Program-made: the position numbers and the translations under genes | Shown here: positions 1-10,903 of the stretch, piece by piece | How positions within the stretch are numbered: position 1 is the first letter of the stretch | Layout: each line of letters starts with the position of its first letter | Assembly (NCBI GenBank): GCA_041389885.1 | Contig: JAWKRB010000006.1 | Location: 3,101 to 67,100 of the forward strand | From: Polyangiales bacterium | GTDB lineage: Bacteria; Myxococcota_A; Polyangia; Polyangiales; Ga0077539 | Direction: 5' to 3' | Length of the DNA: 64,000 bases | The notes under the pieces: model-generated | The model's database searches: none | What the model was told of the DNA's origin: nothing | What the model saw: the letters and a program-made list of their open reading frames with translations, nothing else

Positions 1-3000
1 GGGCAGCGGCGGGGGGGCGCGGGGCGGCGACGGGGGCACGCTCTCGCTCTGCCGCGCCTGCGGCGAGGCGATCATGCGCGCGAGGTCTTCGAGCGAACCC
101 TCCTCCACCGCGGGCTCCGGCGCGGGGAGGTCTTCGATGTCGTCGAGGGCGAGGTCGTCGTCGAGCATCTCGAGGTCGTCGGCGGGCTCGACCTCGAGGT
201 CGTCGTCGACCTCAAGGAGCTCCTCTTCTTCGTCGACTTCGAGCTCGGGCGTCTCCTCCACGGGCTCCTCCGCGGGCTCGAAGAACGCCAGCCTCGGATC
301 GGCGTGGGGCTCGGGCTCGGGCTCGGGCTCGGGCGAAGGCTCGAAGAACGCGACCCGGGGGTCGGACGGCGCCGCCGCGACGGGCTCTGGCGGCGGGACG
401 GCCTCGGGCTCCCAGGCCGGCGCGGCCTCGGGCTCCCAGGCCGGCGCGGCCTGGGGCTCGGGCTGAGGCGCGGGGACGGCGGCCGGGGGAGGGGCTTCGG
501 GCTCCAGCAGTTCGTCGTCGAGGTCTTCGACGGGGCGGTCGAGGCGCTCGAGGGCCTCGCGGGCCTCGGCGTCGTCGGGGGCGCCGCGGAGCACCCGGCG
601 CCACAGCTGTTTGGCCTCGTGCGAGTTGCGCAGGCGCTGCTCCCACACGCGGGCCATTCGGCGGAGGCACTCGGTGCGGTCACCGCCCGCCTCGAGCTCA
701 CGCTCGATGGCGATGAGCAGGTCCTGCCACCGGGAGGCGCGCTGGAGCAGCTCCTGCCAGCGACGGATCGCGTCGAGGTCCTTCGGCGCGATCTCGACGA
801 CCCGCTGCAGCGCCGCGACGGCGTCGTCGACGCGGTCGAGGTGCTCCGCGAGGATCGTCGCGCGACGCTGGGTGTACGCCCGCGCCACGGACGCCTCGTA
901 CGCCGCGTCGATGACCTTCTCATAGCGCGCGGCCACCTGATCGAGGCGACCCAGTCGCAGCCCGCACGCCTCGAGGGCGTCGGCGCCGAGCGCGTCGGAG
1001 GGCCAGGCCGAGACCGCGCGGAGGTAGAGCGTCCAGGCGTGCTCGTCGAGGCCCAGGTCGTCCGCGCAGAGGTCTCCGGAGCGTCGGAGCAGCAGCGCCG
1101 CGAGGCGCGGATCCTCGTCGACGCAGTCGTCGGCGCGCTGCGCCAGACGCTCGACCAGCGCGGTGAGCAGCCCCGCGTCGGGGGCGGCCGCGTCCGCCGT
1201 ACGAATCGCGTCGATGACCTGTCCCAGCCTGTTCTCGTCGGCTCCCCGCCGAGAGAACGCCAGCGCGACGGCCTGGGAGAGGTACTGCTGCGCGGTGGTC
1301 GCGTCCGCCGCGGCGACGGCGGCGGCCTCCATGGCGCGCAGGGTGATCGCGGTGAGCTCGTCGTCGTTCTGCGCCGTCTTCTTTCGGCGATCGAGGGCGA
1401 TGTAGAGGTCCTGCTCCCGGCCGCTGCCGGGGATCAGGCGGACCGCCGCGTCGAGGAGCTCGTCGTCGGCCGGCGCGCCCGCCAGAGCGCCGAGGCAGAG
1501 GTCCAGCGCCGCGCCGATCGCCCCGGCGGCGGAGAGCGCGCCGACGCCCTGCAGCGCCCGGTCGTGCGAGGACGTGGGGTCGGGCGCGCCCGCGACGGCG
1601 GCCTGCCACCCCTCGGCGGCGGCCTCGGGATGGGACGCGCGCGCGGTGAGCTCCGCGAGGAGCGCCACGGCGTCGTCCCGCTCGGGCGCCGCGCAGGCGG
1701 CGCGCACCGTCAGCGACAGCGCGGCGTCGACGTCGCCGAGCGTGGAGCCCGTGCGCCGCGCGACGTCGACGAAGAGCTCCGCGCGCGCCGCGTCGTCCTG
1801 CACCCGCTCGGCGAGGTCGGTGAGCAGCGGGACGAGCTGCGCGTCGTACCCTCGCCGCGTCGCGAGGTCTTGCAGCATCTGCACGCAGCCCAGGTCGCCG
1901 TTGCGCGCGAGGGGCTCCAGCAGGCCCCACGCCTCGCCGGGCGCGTCGAGGTGCGCGTCGAGGATCGCGGCGACGCGCATCGAGCACCGCCTCTTCCTCC
2001 TCGTCGCCCTCGACCTCGATGAGCTCCTGAGCAGCGCGACCGCCTCGTCCCAGCGGCCCATCGCCTCGGCGGCGTCGGCGACGCGCTGGGTGAGCACGAG
2101 GTCTCCAGGGTCGGCGTCGTGGCCCAGCCGCAGCAGCGAGAACGACAGCGTGGGGTCGTCGAGGGAGGCCTCGGCGAGGGCCAGCGCGCGGGCCGCAATC
2201 TCGCCGCGCGCGTCGTCGTCCTCGTCTGTGAGCCGCACCTGCCGCGCGAGCGCCTCGAGCACCAGGTCTCTGCGCGCCAGTGAGTTCGCGGTGATCTCGA
2301 GCACCGACCACGACTCGATCGCGTCGGGCGCCACCTCGCGCGCCACGTGCGCGAGCGCCTCGAGGCCCTCGTGCGACATGCCGAGACCGTCGATCATCAC
2401 CCTCGCGCGCCGGGTGAGCAGCGCCCTCCGCGCGTTGGCCGTGTCCGCCGCCGTCGAGGCCTCCTCGAGGAGCTGCGCCGCGCGCGCCAGGTCGCCGTCC
2501 CGCTCGGCGAAGCTCGCCAGCGCCTCGATCGCCTCGACGTCGTCGCGGAGGCCGTGTTGGGCCCGCAGTGCGCGCAGCTCTTGCCAGTACTGCACCGCCG
2601 CGGCGGGGTCGCTCGCGCCCATGACCTGCGCGGCGCGGCGCAGGAGGTTCGAGCGCTGCTCGAGCGCGAAGACCTGCTGCAGTCGGTCGTGCAAGAAGGC
2701 CACGAGCCGCTGGTGCTGCCCGAGGGCGTCGAGGGCGTCGATGATCGTCAGGGCGAGGGACTCGTTGGTCGGGTCCATCGCCACCGCGGCCTCGGCCTCG
2801 TCGAGGGCGGTGGCCGAGTCGCCGAGGAGCCGCGCCGCCGCGGAGGCCCGGGCGTGGAGCGCCGCGCGGGCCGGGCCGCGGGGCATCGAGCTCGCGCGCT
2901 GGCGGAGGCCGTCGAAGCGGGCCTGGTGCTCGCCCGCGGCGTCGAGCGCGCGGTCGAGGGCGTCGAAGCACTCGTCGCTCTCGGGGTCGAGCCGGAGCGC

Positions 3001-4689
3001 CTCTCGCAGGGCCTCGACCGCCGCCGGGTGCTGCCCCGCCGCCGCCCGCGCGTCGGCGAGCTCGCGCCACCGCTCGACCGCGACGTTCGGGGGGCTCTGC
3101 TCGGCGCGCACCTGGAGCACGTCGGCGACCTCGGACAGCGCGTCGCGGCCCCGGTAGAGCGCGATCAACCGGTCGCTCACCGCCTCGTCGCTCGGGTCTT
3201 CGCGCCACGCCTGCGCGACGCACTCGAGCTCCTGGTCGAGCTCGTCGAGCTGGTCGCGCGCGATGTCGGCGCGGCGGAGCAACAGCGCCTTGCGCTCGCC
3301 CTCCGGCAGCAGCGCGACCTGCTGCTCGATCACCTGAGCGAGCTCGGCCCAGGAACCCGCGCGGGTGAAGATCGCGTCGAGGCCTCGCAGCGCGTCGAGG
3401 TCGGTGGACGACACGTCGAGCAGCTCGCGGTACGCGTGCATCGCCGACTCGGGGTCGTCGAGGTGGTCGAGGGAGAGCGCCGCGATCTCGCGGAGCTTCG
3501 CGGAGCGCGTCTCGGGCGGGCAGTGCTCGCAGCGCACGGCCTCGGCCATCACCTCGCGGAGCTCGCCGTACTCGCCGCGCGCGCGCAGGTCGTCTTCGAC
3601 CAGCGCCAGGGCCTCGGCGTCGGCGGGGTCGAGCTGGAGGACCTCGCGCATGGACGCGAGCATCCCGGCGCGGTTGCCCTGGTTGCCGTACAGCTCCGCG
3701 AGCTCCTTGAGGTCGCGCACGCGCTCGGCGGGGTCTGCCGTGGGCGCGAATTGCGCGAGGAGCTGCGCGAGGTCGTCGGCGCGGCCCGCGGCGCGGTAGA
3801 GCCCCCCCAGCTCGCGGGCGACGTCGAGGTCGTCGGCCGCGAGGGGCTCGAGGCACGCGATGGCGTCGTCGAGCTGCCCGACCGAGGCGTACATCTCCGC
3901 GAGGCCGCGGCGGATGGTCGGCGCGTAGGCGCTGGTCGGGTTGGCGCCGAGGAAGGCGATCTGCCGCAGCGCGAGGTCTTGCGTGCGCCCGTCTCGGTAG
4001 TAGGCCTCGTGCACGATGGCGTAGGCGCTCTCGTCGCCGGCGAAGGCGTCGAGCGCCGCCTCCGCGAAGGCCAGGCCGTGCTCGCCGCCCACGTTCTGCG
4101 CGAGGGAGCCGAGCACCTGCGCCGCGTACATCGCGTCTTCGGGGCGGGCCTGCGGGCTCTGCGAGCGCGCGAGGTAGGCGCCGGCGAGCTCGCGGAGCAT
4201 CTCCCAGTCGTCGGGGGAGCCGGTCAGGATCTCGTCGATGTAGGCGATCTGCAGGTCCCAGTCGGGGATCTGCCCATAGATCTGAACGCCCTCGCGGAGC
4301 AGCAGGTTGCGCACCATCGGGTCGGCGGTCGTCGCGAGCTGCTCGGAGAGCAGCTGCGCCGCGGGTCGAAAATTGCCGAGCTGAATGAAGATCTGCCGCG
4401 CGGCCTCTGCGGCCTGGAGCTGCCCCGTGTCGAGCTCGAACGACCGCTTGTAGCAGGCCACGGCCTTGTCGGCCCGGCCCACGTTCTTCGACCAGAGCTC
4501 CCCCGCGCGAAAGTACAGGTCCGCCGCGGAGGCGGGGACGGCGCGGCGGGCCGCGGTCTGCTCCACGAGCTGCGCGAGCTGCTGGAATTCACCGCGGGCG
4601 CCGTGGTGTTCCCACAGAAGAAAGAGCGCCTCCGCATCGTCGGGGTTGCGGCTGAGACGCTCGTAGTACGCGTAGACAGCAGGGTCCAT
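1..4689 (-). CDS. Very large TPR/HAT-like repeat protein (>1560 aa, C-terminus beyond window start) with acidic Pro/Glu-rich repetitive tail
   Basis: Minus frame ending at coordinate multiples of 3; ATG at 4689..4687. Hand translation gives plausible repeat-protein text (e.g. ...LEAGGDRTECLRRMARVWEQRLRNSHEAKQLWRRVLRGAPDDAEAREALERLD...; ...AAVQYWQELRALRAQHGLRDDVEAIEALASFAERDGDLARAAQLLEE...) with GC3 near 95%. Absent from the ORF track because no stop lies inside the window. Listed ORFs 304..2022(+), 1574..3157(+), 920..3856(-), 2347..4700(+) are its shadows. Confidence 0.8.
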   Translation of the reverse strand, partial: MDPAVYAYYERLSRNPDDAEALFLLWEHHGARGEFQQLAQLVEQTAARRAVPASAADLYFRAGELWSKNVGRADKAVACYKRSFELDTGQLQAAEAARQIFIQLGNFRPAAQLLSEQLATTADPMVRNLLLREGVQIYGQIPDWDLQIAYIDEILTGSPDDWEMLRELAGAYLARSQSPQARPEDAMYAAQVLGSLAQNVGGEHGLAFAEAALDAFAGDESAYAIVHEAYYRDGRTQDLALRQIAFLGANPTSAYAPTIRRGLAEMYASVGQLDDAIACLEPLAADDLDVARELGGLYRAAGRADDLAQLLAQFAPTADPAERVRDLKELAELYGNQGNRAGMLASMREVLQLDPADAEALALVEDDLRARGEYGELREVMAEAVRCEHCPPETRSAKLREIAALSLDHLDDPESAMHAYRELLDVSSTDLDALRGLDAIFTRAGSWAELAQVIEQQVALLPEGERKALLLRRADIARDQLDELDQELECVAQAWREDPSDEAVSDRLIALYRGRDALSEVADVLQVRAEQSPPNVAVERWRELADARAAAGQHPAAVEALREALRLDPESDECFDALDRALDAAGEHQARFDGLRQRASSMPRGPARAALHARASAAARLLGDSATALDEAEAAVAMDPTNESLALTIIDALDALGQHQRLVAFLHDRLQQVFALEQRSNLLRRAAQVMGASDPAAAVQYWQELRALRAQHGLRDDVEAIEALASFAERDGDLARAAQLLEEASTAADTANARRALLTRRARVMIDGLGMSHEGLEALAHVAREVAPDAIESWSVLEITANSLARRDLVLEALARQVRLTDEDDDARGEIAARALALAEASLDDPTLSFSLLRLGHDADPGDLVLTQRVADAAEAMGRWDEAVALLRSSSRSRATRRKRRCSMRVAAILDAHLDAPGEAWGLLEPLARNGDLGCVQMLQDLATRRGYDAQLVPLLTDLAERVQDDAARAELFVDVARRTGSTLGDVDAALSLTVRAACAAPERDDAVALLAELTARASHPEAAAEGWQAAVAGAPDPTSSHDRALQGVGALSAAGAIGAALDLCLGALAGAPADDELLDAAVRLIPGSGREQDLYIALDRRKKTAQNDDELTAITLRAMEAAAVAAADATTAQQYLSQAVALAFSRRGADENRLGQVIDAIRTADAAAPDAGLLTALVERLAQRADDCVDEDPRLAALLLRRSGDLCADDLGLDEHAWTLYLRAVSAWPSDALGADALEACGLRLGRLDQVAARYEKVIDAAYEASVARAYTQRRATILAEHLDRVDDAVAALQRVVEIAPKDLDAIRRWQELLQRASRWQDLLIAIERELEAGGDRTECLRRMARVWEQRLRNSHEAKQLWRRVLRGAPDDAEAREALERLDRPVEDLDDELLEPEAPPPAAVPAPQPEPQAAPAWEPEAAPAWEPEAVPPPEPVAAAPSDPRVAFFEPSPEPEPEPEPHADPRLAFFEPAEEPVEETPELEVDEEEELLEVDDDLEVEPADDLEMLDDDLALDDIEDLPAPEPAVEEGSLEDLARMIASPQARQSESVPPSPPRAPPPLP
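307..334. repeat. (GGGCTC)n hexamer microsatellite, about 4.7 copies, inside the TPR gene tail
   Basis: Direct reading gggctcgggctcgggctcgggctcgggc; encodes (EP)n on the minus strand. Confidence 0.8.
401..472. repeat. 24-bp tandem direct repeat x2 plus one degenerate copy (gcctcgggctcccaggccggcgcg)
   Basis: Two perfect copies at 401-424 and 425-448, then a diverged third copy. Encodes AAPAWEPE repeats in the minus-strand TPR protein tail. Confidence 0.75.
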
Positions 4690-4794
4690 CCGGGCGCGCG
4701 GACGCTAACACGTTGCGACGAGCCGTTGTCTATTCTCCGCCGTACGGCCCGCGCCTGGCGCCGATCCCGATCCAGCGAGGCCCCGACCGACTTC

Positions 4795-6337
4795 ATGAAG
4801 CGCTTCGAGAAGATCCCCGACCCTTCGCCCGAGCTCCGGCGCCCGATGCGCCTGGGCGAGCTCTCGGTCGGCGCGGGCGCGGGCCTCTGCGTGATTCGCT
4901 GCCTCGACGCGCGCGGGGCGCTCGGCGCGCCGACGGTGCTCTCCGAGGGCCTCACGGGGCGAGGCAGCGACTCTCCGCGCGCGTCGCTGCGCTGGGACGC
5001 TGAGGCCGCGGACCTTCTGCTCCCTCCGCTCTCGGTGCACGAGCGGGCGCGGCTGCACCTGAGCCTCGGCGCGGCGGTCGAGCTCGTCGCGGCGCCGGGG
5101 CGGGTCACGGCGCTCGACCCTGGGGGCCGCAGCGTGCTGCTGCACCTGGAGGGCCAGGCCGGCGAGGGCGCTTTGCGGGTGCGCGTCGCCGACGCGGCGC
5201 GGTCGGTCTCGCTGCGCGTGCGAGCGCGATGGGACGAGTCTCCCGACGCGCTCGCCGCGATGGCCGACGAGGTCAGCCGCGCGCGGTGGTCGGCCGCGGT
5301 TCGCGACGAGGCGCTGCCCCTCACGGCGCCGGCGTCGCTGCGCGAGGGCGCGCGCCGCGAGGCCGCCGAGGAGCGCTTCGTGCTCTGGTCCCTCGCGCGC
5401 TTCGAGCCGTTGCGGCGGGCGATCGACGAGGTGCGCCGGGCCCCCGCGCCCGCGCTCACGGCGGAGGTGCGGGCGGTGCGGCTCGACGACCCCCGCGCGG
5501 GCGATTACCTCGCCGCGCGAGGGGTGAGCCCGTCCCTCGCGGCGCACCCCGAGCGGGGCGCTCGCGCGCGGACCGCGTCGCTGAGCTGGAGCACGCCCGA
5601 GAACCGTACGCTCCGAGCGTTCCTCGACGCGTTGCAGCGCCGCGCCGCGCGCCTCGACGGCGACGACGCCCTGCGCGGCGTCTTTCAGTCGTGGCGCGAC
5701 GAGCTCCCGTGGATCGAGCTCGTCCCTCCCCGCGACGAGCCCTCGCCCCCCCCCGCGAAGGCCGCGGGACCAGGTGATCGCGCGCTGCGCCGAGCGCCTC
5801 GAGCGGGCCGCGCCCGCGCTCTCCGACGGCGACTCGCGGGTCTCTCCCTGGAGCACCGCCGCCCTCTACGAGCGGTGGTGCGCGCTCGAAATCTGCCGCG
5901 CCCTGGGCCTGAGCGACGAGCACGGCGCGCGGCTGATGGCGGGCGCTGCGGTGCGCGCGCCGTGGCCGGGGGGCGCGCTGATCCTCGACGCCCAGCGCAC
6001 CGCGACGAGCCCCATGCCCCTCGCGCTGCGGCCCGACTTCACCCTCCGCGTGGGCGACCGCGCGGTGCACCTCGACGCGAAGTATCGCCTCGACCCGTCG
6101 ACCCGCGACGGAGGGTTCGTGCGCGACGAGCTGATCAAGATGCACGCGTACCGCGACGCGATCCCAGGGAGCGTCGGGGCCTACGCGCTCTTCCCTGGCG
6201 CGGCGGAGGATCGGATTGAAGGGCGAGACGCGCGGGGCGGCGTCGGGGCGCTCCCGCTGCGCGCCGAGCGCGACGAGGCCCTTCGTCGTGCGCAGCGCGA
6301 GGCGCTACGCGGCGTCCTCACAGAGCTCCTCGGGTGA
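4795..6337 (+). CDS. Orphan restriction-endonuclease-like protein: N-terminal domain of unknown function plus C-terminal PD-(D/E)xK nuclease domain (DUF2357/DUF524-like). Frame-disrupted at a C9 tract (5746-5754).
   Basis: ATG at 4795 (MKRFEKIPDPSPELRRPM...) in frame 1 reads plausible protein up to ...WRDELPWIELVPPRDEPSPPP; frame 1 then has no stop until 6219, and the rest is junk. Frame 2 from about 5744 reads ...RRPRDQVIARCAERLERAAPAL...YERWCALEICRAL...RPDFTLRVGDRAVHLDAKYRLD...DELIKMHAYRDAIPG..., ending at 6337. Motifs hLDAKY and KMHAYRD are typical of PD-(D/E)xK folds. One extra C in the run would fuse both parts into about 514 aa. Confidence 0.6.
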
Positions 6338-6380
6338 AATAGTGTGACGCGACCCTTTACGGCGCCGCTCCCTCGGTGCA

Positions 6381-7247
6381 ATGAGCCCCCGTCACGCACC
6401 GATGCAGCGCCCGACCCCCGAACAACTCGCCCTGCTCTCGCCCGCGGAGCGCCGCTGGTTCCGCTTCGCCGACGCGATCAACCGTGACCCTCGACTGAAG
6501 GCGCCGGCCAACACGTTCCTCAAGGTCGTGGCGAAGAACTGGGTCTCGAAGTCGATCGGCAACCTCGCCCACTTCTACGGCCTGGAGCACCTGCGCGCCC
6601 TCCGCGCCGACCGCGGGGTCTTCGTCATCTCCAACCACCGGAGCTTCTTCGACTTCTACGCGATCTCGTCGGTGCTGCTCCGAGAGGTGCCCTCCATCGA
6701 GCGGATGTACTTCCCGGTCCGCGCGAACTTCTTCTACGAGTCGGCCCTGGGCAGCGCCGTGAACGGGCTGATGTCGGCCTGGGCGATGTATCCCCCCGTC
6801 ATGCGCGACGGCCCGAAGCGCGCCTTCAACGAGTACTCCGTGGCCTTCATCGAAGACGCCCTGGCGAAGCCGGGCACCTTCGTGGGCTTTCACCCCGAGG
6901 GCACCCGCGGCCGCGGCCCCGACCCCTACGAGCTGCTCCCGGCCAACATCGGCGCGGGCGCCATCGTGCACCGCGCGCGGCCCGTGGTGCTCCCGGTCTT
7001 CACGCTCGGGCTCATCAACGACCTGCCCCGGCAGGTGATCGGCAACTTCGACGGCACCGGCGCGCCCATCACCATGGTCTTCGGCGCGCCCCTCGATGTG
7101 CAGAGCTACCTCGACATGCCCGGCAAGCTCCGCACCTACAAGGCCCTCTCGGTCGCGATGCGCGACGAGCTCGTGCGGCTCTCCGGGGTCGAGCGCGAGC
7201 TCCGCGCCCGCGACGGGCTACCCGACCTCTCGCCGCCGTCGAAGTAG
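6381..7247 (+). CDS. Lysophospholipid/1-acyl-sn-glycerol-3-phosphate acyltransferase family protein (PlsC-like LPLAT)
   Basis: HX4D acyltransferase motif (NHRSFFD) and FPEGTR motif (FHPEGTRGRG); 288 aa. Confidence 0.85.
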   Translation: MSPRHAPMQRPTPEQLALLSPAERRWFRFADAINRDPRLKAPANTFLKVVAKNWVSKSIGNLAHFYGLEHLRALRADRGVFVISNHRSFFDFYAISSVLLREVPSIERMYFPVRANFFYESALGSAVNGLMSAWAMYPPVMRDGPKRAFNEYSVAFIEDALAKPGTFVGFHPEGTRGRGPDPYELLPANIGAGAIVHRARPVVLPVFTLGLINDLPRQVIGNFDGTGAPITMVFGAPLDVQSYLDMPGKLRTYKALSVAMRDELVRLSGVERELRARDGLPDLSPPSK

Positions 7248-10200
7248 GGCGAGCGCGAGCAACCACCCCGCGCCGAGCGCGCGCGGGCCCCCCGTCGCGT
7301 GGCATCCGCAGTCGCGCGCCACGGTCGTGCGCTGCGAGGCGCCCGCGTCAGCGTCTCGCGGCGGCGCGTCGGTGAGCGTGAGCGTCGCGGTCGCGCGGCC
7401 CACGTGGCCGGCCCCGTCTTCGGCCTCGGCGACGACCGTGTAGACGCCCGGGGGGACGAGGAGACGGGTGTCGTCGGCGGCGCCAGTCCACGACGCGCGG
7501 GTGGTGCGCGTGGGCAGCGGGGTGCGCAGGGTCTCGTCGTCGAGCACCGCGAGGGTCGCGCCGTCCGCGCCTTGCACCTCGGCGTGCGCGCGAGCGAGAC
7601 CGGTGAGGTCCTCGAAGCGGATCTCGACCTCGGCGCGCTCCCCCGCGCGAGGCGAGAAGCTCGGGGTCAGCACGTCGATGCGCACCGTCGGCGGCGACGT
7701 GTCGACCACGGTGAACCCGTCTGACAGGGTCTCGGGACCGCTGCCCTGGTCTGAGACCGGAACGACGCCGACGCGGTACCGCCCGCCCGCGCGCAGGGGG
7801 AGGCCGTCGACGCGCGCCGAGGTGCCCGACACCTCGACGTAGTCGGGGAAGCGCACCGCCGTGCCCGACGCCGTGAGCACCCGCACGTGGTAGCGCGCCG
7901 CCCCTGGGACCTCGCTCCACCGCGCGAACACCACGCTCGACGACTCGACCTCGTCGACGTCGTCGGCGCCGCCCTCGCGGTCGAGGTCGAGCACCTCGCG
8001 CACCGCGGGGAGCGTGCGCGGACCGAGGGCGTACAGGTACCCGTCACCGACGCTCACGAGCACCTCGTCGACGCCGTCGCCGTCGGTGTCGCCCACCACG
8101 GGCTCGCCAACAGGGTAGCGAAAGTCCAACGCCCACCGGAGGGTGAGGGCGCAGGCGTCGAGGGCGTAGAGGTGACCGTCGGTGCTGCCCACCAGCAGCC
8201 CGGGCGCCCCCGATCCGTCGAGGTCCGCGACGGCGGTGACGTTGGCGAAGGCGCCCCCTCGCGTGCCCTCGGGGAGCGGGGCGCCGGCCGCGAAGGCCCT
8301 GCCGCCGGCGAGCACCACGCTCGCCACGACGGCCTCGCTCGCGGCGCCCCCGCCGCTCGGGAGCCGCGCCGGCTCGATCAGCCGAAGCTCCGACGTGCCG
8401 ATGGGAGACGCCGCCACGCGCCTCGCCTCTCCGCAGCGCACCAGCGCGCCGTAGGGGCTCGTGAAGCTCGCGAGGTCAGCCTCGCCGACGAGGGACAGGT
8501 CGGCGCGGAGGAGGCGGTCGGGGCGCGAGGCCGCCGAGGTGAAGACCTCCAGGCCCTGTCCGCGAAAGGGCGCGAGGATCTGCACGCTGTACGGGGCGTT
8601 GGGGCCCGTAGAGAGCACCCGCCCGTCGCCGCCGTCGACGAGGTGCATCACGGTCGCGGCGAAGACCAGGTCCTCGCCGCCGTCGCCGTTGAGGTCGCCC
8701 ACCGAGAGCTGCCCGAAGGCGCTGTTCGTGCCGCGGGTGAGGTCGTTCCACCGCAGCGCGCCGTCGCGGGCGCGGAGCACCACGGGACGCACCTGCACGT
8801 TGGGATCGCCCCGGAGCAGCGCGAGCTGCTGGCTCCCGTCCGCGAGTCGCAGCGGCAGCGCGTCGCCCACGATCGACGAGCCGCGGGGCGCGACGTCGCG
8901 CGCCGTCCACAGGGCCGAGCCGTCGCGGAGGTCGAGGCCGAGCACGTCGCGCCCTTCGAGCGCCGCGGCGTCGAGGTCGCCGTCTCCGTCGAGGTCGAGC
9001 AGGGCGGGGTACGCCGCGCGGGGGCGGCTCCAGCGCGCGCGCGGCGGCGCCGAGAGCGACGCGGCGCGGGCGTCGAGTCGCACCAGCGCGGGGCGCGCGT
9101 CGCGCACCAGGATCGCGGGCTCGCGCGCGGCGTCGAGGGCGGCGATCACGGGGGTGTGACCGAGCACGGCGCTGCCTGAGAAGTACCCGCCGACGCGCAT
9201 GCCGGGCACCGTGAACTCGGCGGTGACGATGCGGTTCGTCGAGGTCATCTCGCGGTCGAGGGCGAGGAGGTAGCCGTCCGAGGTGACGGCGACCGGCTGC
9301 GCGTAGGGGCGCGAGAGAGAGGCTCCCCACGAGGTCGTGAGCACGGTGGTGCCCGCGGGCGCGTCGAGTCGCCCGAGGCGGCGGAGCCCGTCGGCGCCGA
9401 CGTCCCAGGCCTCCAGGCTGGTGACCACGCGCTGCTCGGGGGGCAGGTCGGGGTCGAAGGGCGCGAGGATCAGCTCGGCGCCCGGGTCGTCGTCCAGCGC
9501 CACGAGGAGCGGGCCCACCGCGACGCGCTCACGCGCCGCGCGGTCGAGGTCGAGCGCGCGTGCAGGGCGCCGGCCCTCCACCGACCACCGCGGCGCCCAG
9601 GCGCCCGACTCCCACCGGAGGATCACCGTCGCCCGGTCGCCCTCGACGGTGATGGCCTCGGGGCGACCGTCGCCGTCGACGTCTCGAATCCCCACCAGCT
9701 CGGCGTCGGAGCGACGCGCGCGGAGGGCGCCGGTGCGCGCGTCGCGGGTCTCCAGCCCCCAGCGCCGCGCGACGCCGTCGTAGAATGAGAACGTGACCTC
9801 GGCCGCGCCGTCTCCGTCGAGGTCGCTCACGCTCAGGTCTTCGAAGCTCACCGAGCCCGTCGCGCGGTCGGGCCCGTTGGCCTCCCACAAGAGCCTGAGC
9901 GAGCGCCGCCCGGCCTCGACGACGTGGTCGAAGACCGCGACGCGCCGCGCGCCGAAGGGGGTCTGCCCCGCGGAGTACCCGTTGGTCACCACGACGAGCT
10001 CGAGGCCAGGGTCTCCGTCGACGTCGCGGAGCAGGGGCGTCGAGAAGGTGCCGAAGAGCCCCGAGGCCGGCGCGCGGAGGTCGATCGCGAGGCTCCCGGT
10101 GCGCCCGTCGAACACGCGCATGTGGTCGTGGCCGAGGGCCATCACCACCTCGGGCGCGCCGTCGCCGTCGAGGTCGCCGATGACATCGCCGACGGTGCCG

Positions 10201-10843
10201 CAGGCGTCTGGCAGGGGGGCGATGCGCCAGAGCTCTCGCGGGCTGGCGAGCCCGGGACCGAAGGAGAACGCCAGCGCGGCCACGGGGTTTCGCACGCACT
10301 GGCCGACGTAGAGCTCGTCCCGCCCGTCGCCGTCGAGGTCGCCGACGCGGAGCTGTCCGCCGAGCCCGCGGAGCGCCGCGGGCACCTCCCAGCGCACGCG
10401 CCCGTCGCCGCCGCTGAGCACCAGCACGTTGCCCCGGTCGGCCGTGACCACCACCTCGCGGGCGCCGTCTCCGTCGAGGTCGGTGATCGCCGAGAGCGTC
10501 CGGGCGTCGACGAGGGGCGACTCCACACCAGGGTGTCGTCGGCGTGCTTGGCGACGACGCGCCCGGCGGAGACGAAGACCACGTCGGTCACGCCGTCGCG
10601 GTCGATGTCGGTGAGCGCGTATTGCTGCGCGCCGAGGGCGCCGCCGAGGTAGTGCCGCCAGCGCACCGTCGCGGACGGGAGGTTCACGCGCCCGGCGCTG
10701 AGGCCGGTGCGCTGCGGGTCGTGCCGCGAGACCCGCCAGTCGTCGGCGCGCGTCGCTCGCGCGTAGAGCGCGAGGACGGTGAACGCCCACGCGTGCGTGG
10801 CTCGAGGTGGACGCGTCATGTCGCGGTGAGAATGTACGCCCAC
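7218..10843 (-). CDS. Large secreted FG-GAP/VCBS-repeat protein (about 1200 aa) with MYXO-CTERM-like C-terminal sorting tail; frame-disrupted near 10520-10531
   Basis: N-terminus with signal peptide (MTRPPRATHAWAFTVLALYARATRA) in the frame of ORF 10142..10843 reads sensibly to ...KHADDTLVW. The body then continues in the frame of ORF 7218..10790 from ...VESPLVDARTLSAITDLDGDGAREVVV... Many DxDGDG FG-GAP units. C-terminus is ...RDCGCHATGGPRALGAGWLLALALLRRRREVG. A single missing nucleotide around 10521-10531 explains the frame change. Confidence 0.75.
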
Positions 10844-10903
10844 GCGCGCGCAGACGGCGCGCTTCTTGAGCGCGAGCGGGTTCGCGGCCTACGATCCGCC
10901 GCC

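Noticed and set aside
920-3856. 978-aa minus-strand ORF (Arg/Pro/Gly-rich)
   Set aside because: Low-complexity Arg-rich translation and off-frame relative to the well-behaved minus frame-0 TPR gene; classic high-GC shadow ORF.
2347-4700. 5' 2.3 kb of the 1290-aa plus-strand ORF 2347..6219
   Set aside because: Antisense to the TPR gene with nonsense composition; only the part after 4795 is real, and it changes frame at 5746-5754.
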